In this document: in pieces, positions 19,569 through 29,629 of the stretch
Position numbering within the stretch: the first letter of the stretch is position 1
Layout of the letters: each line of letters starts with the position of its first letter
NCBI GenBank assembly: GCA_965195285.1
Contig: CBDAFS010000031.1
Location: 32,001-96,000 of the forward strand
DNA: 64,000 bases
Source of the DNA: an uncultured Aminicenantes bacterium
GTDB lineage: Bacteria > Acidobacteriota > Aminicenantia > UBA2199
Direction: 5' to 3'
The notes under the pieces: model-generated
Told to the model about the DNA's origin: nothing
The model's input: only the letters and a program-made list of their open reading frames with translations
Databases searched by the model: none
Program-made: the position numbers and the translations under genes

Positions 19569-21560
19569 ATGAATAATAGCTCAAAAAAGAGCACACAAAA
19601 ATCCAAAAAGTCAGAGGTTAGCATACTGGAGCTTCAGGCGGAGAACAAGAGGCTCCAAGAGGCCCTGCAGGAAATCACAGATCTGTACCAGGTGCTCCTG
19701 GAGACCTTTCCGGATGCCGTAACCATGAGTGATCTGGAAGGGAAAATTACCCAGGTTTCGCAAAAGACCCTGGAACTGCATGGATTCGATAGCATTGATG
19801 ATATGATTGATAAATATGTGCTGGATTTCATTGATCCCGATGATCATGAGATGGTTACAGAAAAAATGATGAAGGGGCTTGAGAAGGGTTTGGTGAGAAG
19901 CTTGGAATACAAGCTGGTACGAAAAGACGGGAGCCGGTTTCATGGAGAATCGAATGTGGCCCCGGTTAGGGATCCGGAAGGAAATGTCAAAGCCTATATT
20001 GCCACGACCCGGGATGTTAGTAAACGAAAGTCTCTCGAACGATCATTCAAAGACAGTGAAGAGCGGTATCGGCAGTTGATTGAATCCCAGAATGATGGCA
20101 TTTATCTGTTGTTCAACCGTAAATTTGAAATCATCAATAAGAAGTTCAGTGATATGTTTAAGCTGACCCTGGAGGATGTGAATGACCCGGATTTCGATTT
20201 CATTGACCTGGTTTCCCCCAAGAGCCGTTTTTTGGTTGAAGACCGGGTCAAAAAATTAGCTCAGGGAATCAAGCTGGAACCGAAATATGAATTTACCGCC
20301 CTTTCCAGGGATAATAAAGAAATCGAAGTGGAAGCCTCGGTTTCCTATATCAAGTACAAAGACGGTATCGGGGTTCTGGGCATTGTTCGGGACATTTCAG
20401 AACGAAAGCAGCTGGAAAAACAATTGCTTCAGGCCCAGAAACTTGAAGGTATCGGCAGGCTGGCCGGGGGAATTGCTCATGACTTTAACAATATACTCAC
20501 TTCGATAATCGGCTATGTGGGCCTGATCAATATAAAAATTCCGGTTGATGATCCCTGCCGGGATTACGTCAAGCAAATTCTAAAGGCTTCGGATCGGGCC
20601 ACCACCCTGGTCCAGCAACTTTTAGCCTTTAGCCGGAAAGCCATTACCAAGCCCCGGGTAATCAATCTCAATACGGTCATCAAGAACTTTTCCAAAATGT
20701 TGCAGCGAATACTGGGAGAGGATATTGAGTTTGAGTTTATTTCCGGACCGGATATCGACAACATCAAGGCGGATCCGGTTCAAATCGAACAGATTATCAT
20801 GAACCTGGCTGTTAATTCCCGGGATGCCATGCCCCAGGGTGGAAAACTCAGTATTGAGACCCAAAATTGCCTGCTGGATGAGAAATATGTCCACAAGTAT
20901 CCTTATGTAAAAGCGGGCCCCTATGTTTTGTTGATGTTCAGTGATACCGGTTCTGGCATGAATGAGGAAACCCTTTCCAAGATTTTTGAACCTTTCTTTA
21001 CCACCAAGACCAATGGGGAAGGAACCGGGCTTGGGCTCTCTATGGTGTATGGAATTACCAGGCAAAGCGGCGGTCATATTACCTGTTACAGTGAGGTTGA
21101 TCAAGGAACCATCTTCAAGATTTATCTTCCCCTGGTGGATGAACCGGCTGATTATGTTGCCAGCTCCCCGGAGCTGGCGGTGTTTCCAACCGGAACTGAG
21201 AGCATCCTGGTGGTGGAAGATGACATGACGGTTCGTGAAATGATAGTGGATATCCTGACCCAGAGCGGTTATCAGGTTCTGGTGGCCAGCAGCGGAAATG
21301 AAACCCTTTCCATCTGGGAGAGAAAGGCCAATGAGATTGATTTGCTGATTACCGATATGGTCATGCCGGGCATGAGCGGAAGCGAGCTGGCCAAACGCTT
21401 ATCTCAAAAAAAACCCCAGCTGAAAGTGCTTTACATGTCCGGTTATGCACGTCGTGCCATTTCTCAGTATGATATGGAAGGGGAAGATATTGCTTTTATT
21501 CAAAAACCGTTTAATGCAACTGATTTAACCATAAAAATCAGAGAAGTTCTGGATACTTGA
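19569..21560 (+). CDS. Cytoplasmic hybrid histidine kinase (2xPAS-HisKA-HATPase-REC, CckA-like)
   Basis: GGIAHDFNNIL, NLAVNSRDAM, FEPFFTTK..GTGLGL, LLITDMVMPG. Confidence 0.93.
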   Translation: MNNSSKKSTQKSKKSEVSILELQAENKRLQEALQEITDLYQVLLETFPDAVTMSDLEGKITQVSQKTLELHGFDSIDDMIDKYVLDFIDPDDHEMVTEKMMKGLEKGLVRSLEYKLVRKDGSRFHGESNVAPVRDPEGNVKAYIATTRDVSKRKSLERSFKDSEERYRQLIESQNDGIYLLFNRKFEIINKKFSDMFKLTLEDVNDPDFDFIDLVSPKSRFLVEDRVKKLAQGIKLEPKYEFTALSRDNKEIEVEASVSYIKYKDGIGVLGIVRDISERKQLEKQLLQAQKLEGIGRLAGGIAHDFNNILTSIIGYVGLINIKIPVDDPCRDYVKQILKASDRATTLVQQLLAFSRKAITKPRVINLNTVIKNFSKMLQRILGEDIEFEFISGPDIDNIKADPVQIEQIIMNLAVNSRDAMPQGGKLSIETQNCLLDEKYVHKYPYVKAGPYVLLMFSDTGSGMNEETLSKIFEPFFTTKTNGEGTGLGLSMVYGITRQSGGHITCYSEVDQGTIFKIYLPLVDEPADYVASSPELAVFPTGTESILVVEDDMTVREMIVDILTQSGYQVLVASSGNETLSIWERKANEIDLLITDMVMPGMSGSELAKRLSQKKPQLKVLYMSGYARRAISQYDMEGEDIAFIQKPFNATDLTIKIREVLDT

Positions 21561-21578
21561 TTTCAGGTATAGATAAGA

Positions 21579-22826
21579 ATGAAGATTGAATTACCGTATC
21601 ACCGCCATCGTATTTCGATTGAAATACCCGATGGTATTCAAACCGAGATCGTAACTGCCAGAGAACATGCCTCCCGGGTCCAATCTGACCTTTTCCGTCA
21701 GGCACTGGCCAATCCGCTCAATTCGGTTTCGGTCGAAGCGTTCATGAATTCCGGGAAGGAATGTTTATTTATCATCAATGATGCCACCCGGCCCACTCCG
21801 ACTGCAGTTGTGCTGGAATCAGTTTATGACATCATAAGGGATAAGGATATCAAATTCATGATTGCCACCGGAACCCATCGTTCTCCCACCCTGAAGGAAT
21901 TGCAGGATATTATGGGGCGTTTTTATTTGGAATTCAAAGACTGTATTCTCATCCATGATGCCCGGAACGAAGATGAATTGGTAAAGGCGGGTCATTCCCG
22001 GGCCGGGCATGAGATATGGATAAACCGTCATGTTCATCAGGCCCGGAAACTGGTGGTCATCAATTCTGTAGAGCCCCATTATTTTGCCGGATACACCGGA
22101 GGGAGAAAGTCCTTTTTCCCGGGTATTGCCGGATATCATACCATTGAACAGAACCATAGATTCGCCATGAGCCAGGATTCCTGTTCCCTGAAACTGAGGG
22201 GAAATCCGGTTCATGAAGATATGGTTGATTCCCTGCGTTGTCTGGGGGATAAAGATATATTTTCGATTCAGACCGTGCTGGATCTCAAAAACAATATCTT
22301 TGCCGTCACTGCGGGTCATATCCATGATTCTTTTATGGCAGCCGTTAGAGAGGCGGAATCGATTTTTTCCGTAAAAGTCCGGAACCAGTCGGATATTGTG
22401 ATTGCCGTGGTGCTTCCCCCCAAAGATATCAATCTGTATCAGGCTCAGAATTCTCTTGAAAATGCAAAATTAATATTAAAAGACGGAGGGATTCTTATTC
22501 TGGTCTCATCCTGCCGGGAGGGAATAGGTCCTTCGGCATTTTTTGATTTATTGTCCGGATCCAACACCCCTCAGGATGTTCTGAAGACGGTTGAGAGCGG
22601 GTATAAACTCGGATACCACAAAGCGGTCAAGATTGCTCAGACCTTGGCACGGGCTGAAATCTGGGGGGTCACCGAACTGCCGGAATCCCAACTGGAATCT
22701 ATATTCATCCGTTCGTTTCATTCCCTGCAGGAGGCTGTGGGTCAGGCTGTTCAGAGCCAGGGCAGCCGGTCCAGTATGACCGTGTTGATGGATAGTGACC
22801 GGGCGGTTCCGGTGATAGGACCATGA
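21579..22826 (+). CDS. larA: Nickel-pincer-dependent lactate racemase family protein
   Basis: DATRPTP, ATGTHR, HYFAGYTGGRKS, NPVHEDM. Confidence 0.88.
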   Translation: MKIELPYHRHRISIEIPDGIQTEIVTAREHASRVQSDLFRQALANPLNSVSVEAFMNSGKECLFIINDATRPTPTAVVLESVYDIIRDKDIKFMIATGTHRSPTLKELQDIMGRFYLEFKDCILIHDARNEDELVKAGHSRAGHEIWINRHVHQARKLVVINSVEPHYFAGYTGGRKSFFPGIAGYHTIEQNHRFAMSQDSCSLKLRGNPVHEDMVDSLRCLGDKDIFSIQTVLDLKNNIFAVTAGHIHDSFMAAVREAESIFSVKVRNQSDIVIAVVLPPKDINLYQAQNSLENAKLILKDGGILILVSSCREGIGPSAFFDLLSGSNTPQDVLKTVESGYKLGYHKAVKIAQTLARAEIWGVTELPESQLESIFIRSFHSLQEAVGQAVQSQGSRSSMTVLMDSDRAVPVIGP

Positions 22827-22918
22827 AAACCGAGAAATCTCCAAACCCTGTCAGCCTGGAATATGATTATGTGATCATCGGATCCGGTTTCGGGGGAAGT
22901 GTATGTGCACTCCGACTC
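22823..22918 (+). pseudogene. 5' remnant of a GMC oxidoreductase/cholesterol oxidase gene
   Basis: ATGA-coupled to larA; translates as MKTEKSPNPVSLEYDYVIIGSGFGGSVCALRL, then runs into the lpxH antisense strand and stops at 22990. Confidence 0.75.
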
Positions 22919-22930
22919 CAAAAATGTCTG

Positions 22931-23659
22931 CTATTGAGTCCAGAAGTTAAGGGTCAGGTTTTTTTGATCATAACAGGCATAGCTGAATGATCGAATCCAG
23001 TCTCCGCAGTTTATATAAATTTTTTCACCGGTTTCCCGGATCATGGGAATATGGAGGTGTCCCAGAATCACGTAATCAAATCCTTCTTCAAACTTATCCC
23101 GGGCAAACTGGAAATATTCTTCACTCCAGGAGGATTTTTTTTTGGATGGGAAGCTCCGACTGGAAACGGAGATCCATTTGGCCATTTGTATGCCAAAGTC
23201 TGCCGGGACGAACGTTTTGTACAAAAAAATGGATGCCGGGTTGCGAATGATTTTTTTTAAAAACCGGTATCCCCGGTCATTCCTGGCCAAGCCGTCGCCG
23301 TGGGCAACAAAAAAACGTTTGTGGTTCAGGGTGAATTCACTGGACTCCGAATGACAGACCAGCCCAATTTCCTTTTGCAGGTATTCTCCCAGATAGAAAT
23401 CATGGTTGCCCTTGATTAAATTGATTGTGATTCCGGCTTCGGTCATTTTCCTGAAGCGGTGCAAAAATGGGAACCAGTACTTGGGAATCACGTGGTACCA
23501 CTCGAACCAGAAATCAAAAAGATCCCCCAGGATATACAGTTCTCGGGCATCTTTTTCAATATGCTCCAAAAAGGCATGAAGGTTTATCCTTTTCAGTTGT
23601 TCATTTTCACTGTTTTCAAAACCCAGATGAATATCTGAAATAAAGTAAATGTTGTTCAT
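22931..23659 (-). CDS. lpxH: UDP-2,3-diacylglucosamine diphosphatase
   Basis: SDIHLG, GDLFDFW, GNHD, AHGDG, GHLH, NCGDW; operonic with kds genes. Confidence 0.85.
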   Translation of the reverse strand: MNNIYFISDIHLGFENSENEQLKRINLHAFLEHIEKDARELYILGDLFDFWFEWYHVIPKYWFPFLHRFRKMTEAGITINLIKGNHDFYLGEYLQKEIGLVCHSESSEFTLNHKRFFVAHGDGLARNDRGYRFLKKIIRNPASIFLYKTFVPADFGIQMAKWISVSSRSFPSKKKSSWSEEYFQFARDKFEEGFDYVILGHLHIPMIRETGEKIYINCGDWIRSFSYACYDQKNLTLNFWTQ

Positions 23660-23696
23660 GGGGATTGTGTGTCGGCTAGGAGCAAGATCGTTGTTT

Positions 23697-24257
23697 TCAA
23701 GAATTTATCTTTTTTAGAATATCATCGGCATTCTTGGAGTTTTTCAATTCAGTGAAAATGGAAGGCCATTTTTCCTGAACATCCAGAATAAAGTCAATCA
23801 CTTCCCTGACTGCTCCTCTTCCGCCGTAGCGCTTGGCAATATAATGGGAAATACGCTTGATTAGAGGATGAGCATCCCCGACTGCTGCGGAAAAACCCAC
23901 CATGCCCATGACTTCTGCATCTCCGATATCATCACCGATGTAGGCCACTTCCTCTTTTTTTAACTGATACTTTTCCAACAATTGATTGAAGGGAATGCAC
24001 TTGTTGGTAGACCCCTCAAAGTAATCATCAATTTGAAGTTCCTCGGCGCGCCTTTTCACTGCTTCTGAGGACTTCCCTGATATGATGGCGGTCTTAATTC
24101 CGGCCAGGCCGGCAAATATGATACCGGTTCCATCCTTGACATCGAAAGATTTGATAACATCTCCGTTGGGAAGCATAAAAAACCGTCCATCCGATAAGGT
24201 TCCGTCAACATCCATGATAATCAATTTCACCTGTTTGGCAAGTTCCTTTTGATCCAT
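23697..24257 (-). CDS. kdsC: KDO-8-phosphate phosphatase
   Basis: MDVDGTL, FDVKDG, YIGDD, GGRGAVREV; start placed at the TAATG overlap with kdsD. Confidence 0.92.
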   Translation of the reverse strand: MDQKELAKQVKLIIMDVDGTLSDGRFFMLPNGDVIKSFDVKDGTGIIFAGLAGIKTAIISGKSSEAVKRRAEELQIDDYFEGSTNKCIPFNQLLEKYQLKKEEVAYIGDDIGDAEVMGMVGFSAAVGDAHPLIKRISHYIAKRYGGRGAVREVIDFILDVQEKWPSIFTELKNSKNADDILKKINS

Positions 24258-25216
24258 TATATCATCTCCGTTCTCCATAAGTCATGCAAGTGCAAAAGTC
24301 CCTTGAGATTATTCTGCTCATCCATTACCACCAGTGAAGTGATCAAGTGATCTTCCAATGTTTTCAATGCTTCAACAGCCAGTTGATTTTCTCCGATAGT
24401 CAGTGGGTTTTCGGACATGTTATCCCGGGCAGTGGTTGTGGAGAAATCCACTCCCTTCAACATGAGTCGGCGCAAATCGCCATCGGTGATAATTCCGATT
24501 AACCGGTTTGAATTATCAACCACCAGGGCAACCCCAAAATGTTTTTCATCTATGGTTTTGATCACCGCTTTTATATTGAGGTCTGCTTTAACGATGGGAA
24601 GTTCATGGTCCGAATGCATCAAATGTTTTACTTTCAGTAATTTTTTCCCGATGAAACCACCGGGATGGAAATTCCGAAAATCCTCTTCGTTGAATCCTTT
24701 TTTTTCCATCAGAGCGATCGAAATCGCATCACCGATCGCCAGGGTCAGGGTGGTTGAGGTGGTGGGTACAAAGCCGATGGGACAGGCTTCCTTTTCGATG
24801 CTGCAATCGATAAACACATCACTCTGAAGAGCCAGGGTGGAGGTAGGAGAACCCACCAGGGTAATCAATTTGACTCCGATCCGTTTGATATAATTGATCA
24901 ACCGTATGACTTCAAAGGTCTCTCCGCTGGTGGAGAGGGCCACGACTGCATCGTCATGATGAATGATTCCAATATCACCGTGCAGGGCTTCGGAGGGGTG
25001 TAAGAAGACAGATGGGGTACCGGTTGAGGTGAGGGTGGCGGAAAATTTTCTTCCGATAATTCCGGATTTTCCCATACCGGTAATAACGATTCTTCCCTTG
25101 ACTTTGAACAGGATATTGACAGCTTTTTCAAATTCTTCATCCAGTTTTTGTATGGCTGATTCAATGGCCTTGGCTTCAATTTCCAGAACTTTTCGGCCGG
25201 TTTCAACGATGTTCAT
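24257..25216 (-). CDS. kdsD: Arabinose-5-phosphate isomerase (SIS + CBS)
   Basis: GMGKSG, EALHGDIG, PTTSTT, FHPGG, GIITDGDLRR. Confidence 0.93.
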   Translation of the reverse strand: MNIVETGRKVLEIEAKAIESAIQKLDEEFEKAVNILFKVKGRIVITGMGKSGIIGRKFSATLTSTGTPSVFLHPSEALHGDIGIIHHDDAVVALSTSGETFEVIRLINYIKRIGVKLITLVGSPTSTLALQSDVFIDCSIEKEACPIGFVPTTSTTLTLAIGDAISIALMEKKGFNEEDFRNFHPGGFIGKKLLKVKHLMHSDHELPIVKADLNIKAVIKTIDEKHFGVALVVDNSNRLIGIITDGDLRRLMLKGVDFSTTTARDNMSENPLTIGENQLAVEALKTLEDHLITSLVVMDEQNNLKGLLHLHDLWRTEMI

Positions 25217-26028
25217 TAAATTACATTATATATTTTTTTCAACTGAATTAACAGATCTTTCAAGTTTTTTATGGCCAGCAGGTTTTTACCGTCAGAGAGG
25301 GCCTTATCAGGATCGGGATGAATCTCCATGAAAACACCGTTGGCGCCGGCAACCACTCCCGCTTTGGCCATGATCGGAATAAATTCGGGATCTCCTCCGG
25401 AGACACCTTTTTCCGCGCTCGGTTTCTGGAGCGAATGGGTGGCATCGATGACAACCGGGCAGCCGGTTTGTTTCATGATGGGAATGTTTCTGAAATCCAC
25501 CACCAGATTCCGGTAACCGAAAAAGTTTCCCCGCTCAGTAAGCATGATGCGGCTGTTTCCGGTAGATTGAATTTTTTCGATTACCAGGGTCATGTCTTCT
25601 GCGGACATGAACTGACCTTTTTTTACGTTTATCGGAAGTCCGGTGCTTCCTGCGGCCAGTAACAGGTCGGTTTGCCGGCTCAGGAAAGCCGGAATTTGAA
25701 TAATGGATAATACTTCTGAAGCCGGTTGAACCTGCCAGACCTCATGGATATCGGATAGAACCGGGATCCGGAATTGTTCCTTGACCCGGGCCAAAATCTG
25801 CAATCCCTTCTCAATTCCCGGACCCCGGAAGGAACCCAGGGAAGACCGATTGGCCTTATCGAATGAAGCCTTGAATATTAGCGGGACTTCGATCTCATCG
25901 GCGATCTTTTTTACCTGCTCGGCGATTCGGAGGGTAATGTCCTGGTTTTCAATGACACAGGGGCCCAGAATAAAAAACAGTCTGTCATTGCTCAATTCCA
26001 GACCTTCGATTTCCCAGTAAGTGCTCAT
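25216..26028 (-). CDS. kdsA: KDO-8-phosphate synthase
   Basis: GPCVIE, KASFDKANRSS, QIPAFLSRQTDLL, DATHS. Confidence 0.95.
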   Translation of the reverse strand: MSTYWEIEGLELSNDRLFFILGPCVIENQDITLRIAEQVKKIADEIEVPLIFKASFDKANRSSLGSFRGPGIEKGLQILARVKEQFRIPVLSDIHEVWQVQPASEVLSIIQIPAFLSRQTDLLLAAGSTGLPINVKKGQFMSAEDMTLVIEKIQSTGNSRIMLTERGNFFGYRNLVVDFRNIPIMKQTGCPVVIDATHSLQKPSAEKGVSGGDPEFIPIMAKAGVVAGANGVFMEIHPDPDKALSDGKNLLAIKNLKDLLIQLKKIYNVI

Positions 26029-26034
26029 TTCAGA

Positions 26035-26063
26035 ATTTTATCAAGTATCTTTCAAAAGTGCAA
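26035..26063 (-). promoter_or_regulatory. Promoter of kdsA abutting the start codon
   Basis: Minus strand TTGCAC-17bp-TAAAAT (extended TG)-6nt-ATG. Confidence 0.65.
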
Positions 26064-26101
26064 ATATAAATTTACCCATTCTGTACTGGCCGAATGACCG
26101 C

Positions 26102-28354
26102 TCAAAGTTCGGTCTTCATCTTTTCCAGCTCCTCCATATTCAGCAATATATCCCTCTGATTCTTACTGTTGGGAGCGGAAACGACTTCCCTGGCCTGAAG
26201 TTGATCGATCAATCGACCGGCCCTGGCATAACCGACTCTCATTTTTCGTTGAAGGTAAGAGGCCGAAGCCTGACCGGTGTTGATGATAATTTCGGCGGCG
26301 TCGAAAAAGAGCTCATCCAGATCCCCGTCCTCGAGCTCGCTATCGGCTTTGACATGGGTTTTTATCACCTGGGTGTTGTATTTGGGTTTTCTGAGTTTGG
26401 ACAGATATCCAATGACCCTCAAGGTCTCCTCCTCTGATACAAAAGCACAGTGGCAGCGGACCAGGGTGGCGGTCTTGGGTGGCAGAAACAGCATGTCTCC
26501 GCTCCCCAGTAATTTTTCAGCTCCCATGACATCGATGATGGTCCGCGAATCAAATTTGGAGGGAACGGCCATGGCAATTCTGGAGGGGAAATTGTTTTTG
26601 ATGGTTCCGGTAATCACATCGATGGAAGGTCGTTGGGTGGCCAGTATCAGGTGAATCCCCACGGCCCGGGATTTCTGGGCCATCTTCTGGATAGACTCTT
26701 CAATCTCTCTTGATGCCGTCATCATTAAATCGGCAAATTCATCAATGATGACTACGATATAGGGCATTTTCTCCTGGTTTTCCAATTTTTCCAGTAACTC
26801 ATCTTCCACCTGGGTCAGCAATTCAATTTTTTTATTGTATTGCTCGATATTCCTGACCTGGAGCAGGGCCAGTTGTTTGTACCTTCGCTCGATTTCAAAT
26901 ATGGTCCAATCCAGGGCATTTTTGGCCAGTTTGGTGTTGACCACCACCGGGGTCAGCAGGTGGGGGAGCGAGTTATAGATAGCCAGCTCCACCCGCTTGG
27001 GATCAATCAATACGAATTTGACCTCTTCGGGCGGGGATTTGTATAAAATACTTAAAATGATAGTGTGGATGGCCACACTTTTTCCGCTTCCAGTGGCTCC
27101 GGCAATGATTAAATGAGGCATCTCGCGCAAATCGGTAATAAAAATTTCACCGCTCTTGCTTTTACCCAGGGCAATGGTAAGAGGTGAACTGGATTGCTGG
27201 TATTCGGGGGATTCAAGGATCTCCCTCAGGTGAATGAGCTCCCTTTTATTGTTGGGGATTTCGATGCCGATAGCCTTTTTGCCCAGTATTCTTTCGATTC
27301 GGACATACTGGGCTTTGACCACCAGGGCCAGGTCCTCGGACAGGTTGGTCACATCCTTTACCTTAACCCCCGTGTCCGGTACAAATTCATAGGTGGTAAT
27401 GACCGGTCCGGGTGTGTATTCCATGATTTCGCCCTTTATTCTGAATTCATTCAACCGGCTGGACAATTCAATCTTCTTTTCGTCCAGTTCTTTGTAGTCT
27501 ATCTTGCTCTTTTTGGTGGGGGCATCCAGGTAGGAAAGGGGCGGGGGCTGGAATTTTTCCAGACTTGGGTATTCCTCTTCCAGGTCGGAAAACAAATAGG
27601 TTTCTTCGGGAATTTTACTGGGTTTTTTGACAATTTTTCTTTTTTCTTTCCTGGTTAGAAATTCGGATTTTTCCTTTAAAATCCGGCCGGGACCTGCCTG
27701 ATATTTTTTTTTGATCCGCTCCCGTTGCTGATTTTCCCGATATTTTTCAATGTTTTTATTTAAAACTGATCCGATTTTTTTAAATAATTTGGCTATCAAT
27801 TGGGACAGGAATTTGAAGATTCGATGAAGGGAAAATTTGGCAATCAGGGCCAGTGAAATGAGAACAAGAATGAGAGACAATAACAGTGAAAAAAAAGGTT
27901 TTATCTCCGTATTTAAAAAATGGTTGAAAAAGTAACCGATCAATCCACCGGTTTTGGATTCGACATTTTCTATGATTGACAACGGGTTAATATTATCGAG
28001 AAAAGAGGCAAAGGAAAGGAGTAATAGTAAATAACCCAGATTTTTGCTAATAAAATTTTTTATATTGCGATTAAACAGAAAAAAACTGGTCAGGAAAAGC
28101 AGGTATAAAATAAAAATATATGAAGCGTAGCCGAACAGGTTAAACAAAACCGCTGCGATTTCGGACCCGATTTGTCCCCCGTAGTTGGTTACCGATTCCT
28201 TGATCGATGAATGAAAGAAACTCGGGTCCGAAGGCGAATAGCTGACCAGACTGAACAATAGAAAAATGGAAATAAAAAGGGCGATGATTCCGAATATCTC
28301 GTTTCTCAGGGACAATTCGTTGCCAGGAACCTTTTCTCTCTTTACTTTTCTCAT
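26102..28354 (-). CDS. ftsK: DNA translocase FtsK
   Basis: N-terminal 4TM domain, AGATGSGKS, IDPKRVEL, ATQRPS, GAEKLLG, C-terminal gamma domain. Confidence 0.96.
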   Translation of the reverse strand: MRKVKREKVPGNELSLRNEIFGIIALFISIFLLFSLVSYSPSDPSFFHSSIKESVTNYGGQIGSEIAAVLFNLFGYASYIFILYLLFLTSFFLFNRNIKNFISKNLGYLLLLLSFASFLDNINPLSIIENVESKTGGLIGYFFNHFLNTEIKPFFSLLLSLILVLISLALIAKFSLHRIFKFLSQLIAKLFKKIGSVLNKNIEKYRENQQRERIKKKYQAGPGRILKEKSEFLTRKEKRKIVKKPSKIPEETYLFSDLEEEYPSLEKFQPPPLSYLDAPTKKSKIDYKELDEKKIELSSRLNEFRIKGEIMEYTPGPVITTYEFVPDTGVKVKDVTNLSEDLALVVKAQYVRIERILGKKAIGIEIPNNKRELIHLREILESPEYQQSSSPLTIALGKSKSGEIFITDLREMPHLIIAGATGSGKSVAIHTIILSILYKSPPEEVKFVLIDPKRVELAIYNSLPHLLTPVVVNTKLAKNALDWTIFEIERRYKQLALLQVRNIEQYNKKIELLTQVEDELLEKLENQEKMPYIVVIIDEFADLMMTASREIEESIQKMAQKSRAVGIHLILATQRPSIDVITGTIKNNFPSRIAMAVPSKFDSRTIIDVMGAEKLLGSGDMLFLPPKTATLVRCHCAFVSEEETLRVIGYLSKLRKPKYNTQVIKTHVKADSELEDGDLDELFFDAAEIIINTGQASASYLQRKMRVGYARAGRLIDQLQAREVVSAPNSKNQRDILLNMEELEKMKTEL

Positions 28355-28362
28355 TTTTAAAA

Positions 28363-28391
28363 AGTATATGTTTACCCCTGTATTTTGTCAA
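28363..28391 (-). promoter_or_regulatory. Promoter of ftsK abutting the start codon
   Basis: Minus strand TTGACA-17bp-TATACT-8nt-ATG. Confidence 0.72.
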
Positions 28392-28431
28392 GTTGTGGCA
28401 AATGGTCCGGGTTAGAGGGTCGGAATAGAAA

Positions 28432-29463
28432 TTATTCCCAGTTTAAGAGGACTTTGCCGGATTGGCCGGATTCCATGATATCAAAGGCTTTTTGATACTG
28501 GTTTATGTGGAACCGGTGGGTAATGATCGGAGAAATATCCAGTCCGGACAGAACCATTTGTTCCATCTTGTACCAGGTCTCAAACATTTCCCTGCCGTAA
28601 ATGCCTTTTAAATGCAGGGCTTTGAATATGAATTCATCCCACTGGATCCGGGTGGTTGATGGCAATATGCCCAGGAGTGCAATTTTGGAACCATTGTACA
28701 TATTGCTGATCATGTCGTTAAAGGCCTGGGGAGATCCGGACATTTCAAGACCCACATCAAAACCGACCATTCCCAATTCCCTGACCACATCCGATATTTT
28801 TTCATTTCGGGGATCAATGGCTCTGGTGGCTCCCATTTTCCGGGCAATCTCAAGGCGGTATTCTACCAGGTCGGTGACCACAATATAGCGGGCTCCGGCA
28901 AATCGACTGATGGCTACGGCCATGTTTCCGATCAATCCGGCCCCGGTGATCAATACATCCTCGCCGATAACCGGAAATGAGAGCGCGGTATGGGTGGCAT
29001 TTCCGAAGGGATCAAAAATGGCCACGATATCATCACTGATCTTGGGATTGATCTTGATGACATTCTGGGAGGGAATGGCCACATATTCGGCAAATGCCCC
29101 ATCTCGATTTACCCCCACGCCGACGGTGTTTTCGCAAACGTGTTTCTTGCCTCTCCGGCAGTTTCGGCAATGACCGCAGGCGATGTGTCCTTCTCCGGTC
29201 ACGCGTTCGCCGATTTCCAGATCCTCCACTCCGGATCCTTTGCGGGCAATGGTTCCCACATATTCATGGCCGATAACCATGGGGGTTTTGATGGTTTTTC
29301 GTGCCCAGTCATTCCACAGGTAGATATGCAGATCGGTTCCGCAAATGGCGGTTTTTTTTATCTTGATCAATACATCGTTGATGCCGATTTCGGGGATATC
29401 CACGTTGTCCATCCAGATACCCTTGCCCGGTTGTTTCTTAACCAGTGCTTTCATTGTTGTCAT
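28432..29463 (-). CDS. tdh: L-threonine 3-dehydrogenase
   Basis: [44 protein letters not shown]. Confidence 0.95.
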   Translation of the reverse strand: MTTMKALVKKQPGKGIWMDNVDIPEIGINDVLIKIKKTAICGTDLHIYLWNDWARKTIKTPMVIGHEYVGTIARKGSGVEDLEIGERVTGEGHIACGHCRNCRRGKKHVCENTVGVGVNRDGAFAEYVAIPSQNVIKINPKISDDIVAIFDPFGNATHTALSFPVIGEDVLITGAGLIGNMAVAISRFAGARYIVVTDLVEYRLEIARKMGATRAIDPRNEKISDVVRELGMVGFDVGLEMSGSPQAFNDMISNMYNGSKIALLGILPSTTRIQWDEFIFKALHLKGIYGREMFETWYKMEQMVLSGLDISPIITHRFHINQYQKAFDIMESGQSGKVLLNWE

Positions 29464-29629
29464 TGTTTACCTCATTGCAGGTTAGTTTAAAAACCATAAT
29501 ATTGGGGAATTTGATTTCCCTGAAGTTAAATTGTAAGAAAAAATGGTTTATTTTTCAAGACACCCTGGTTATTCGTTTTGCCAGTTGAAATATATTTTTT
29601 AAAATACTATGATTATGCTTAATATCAAC

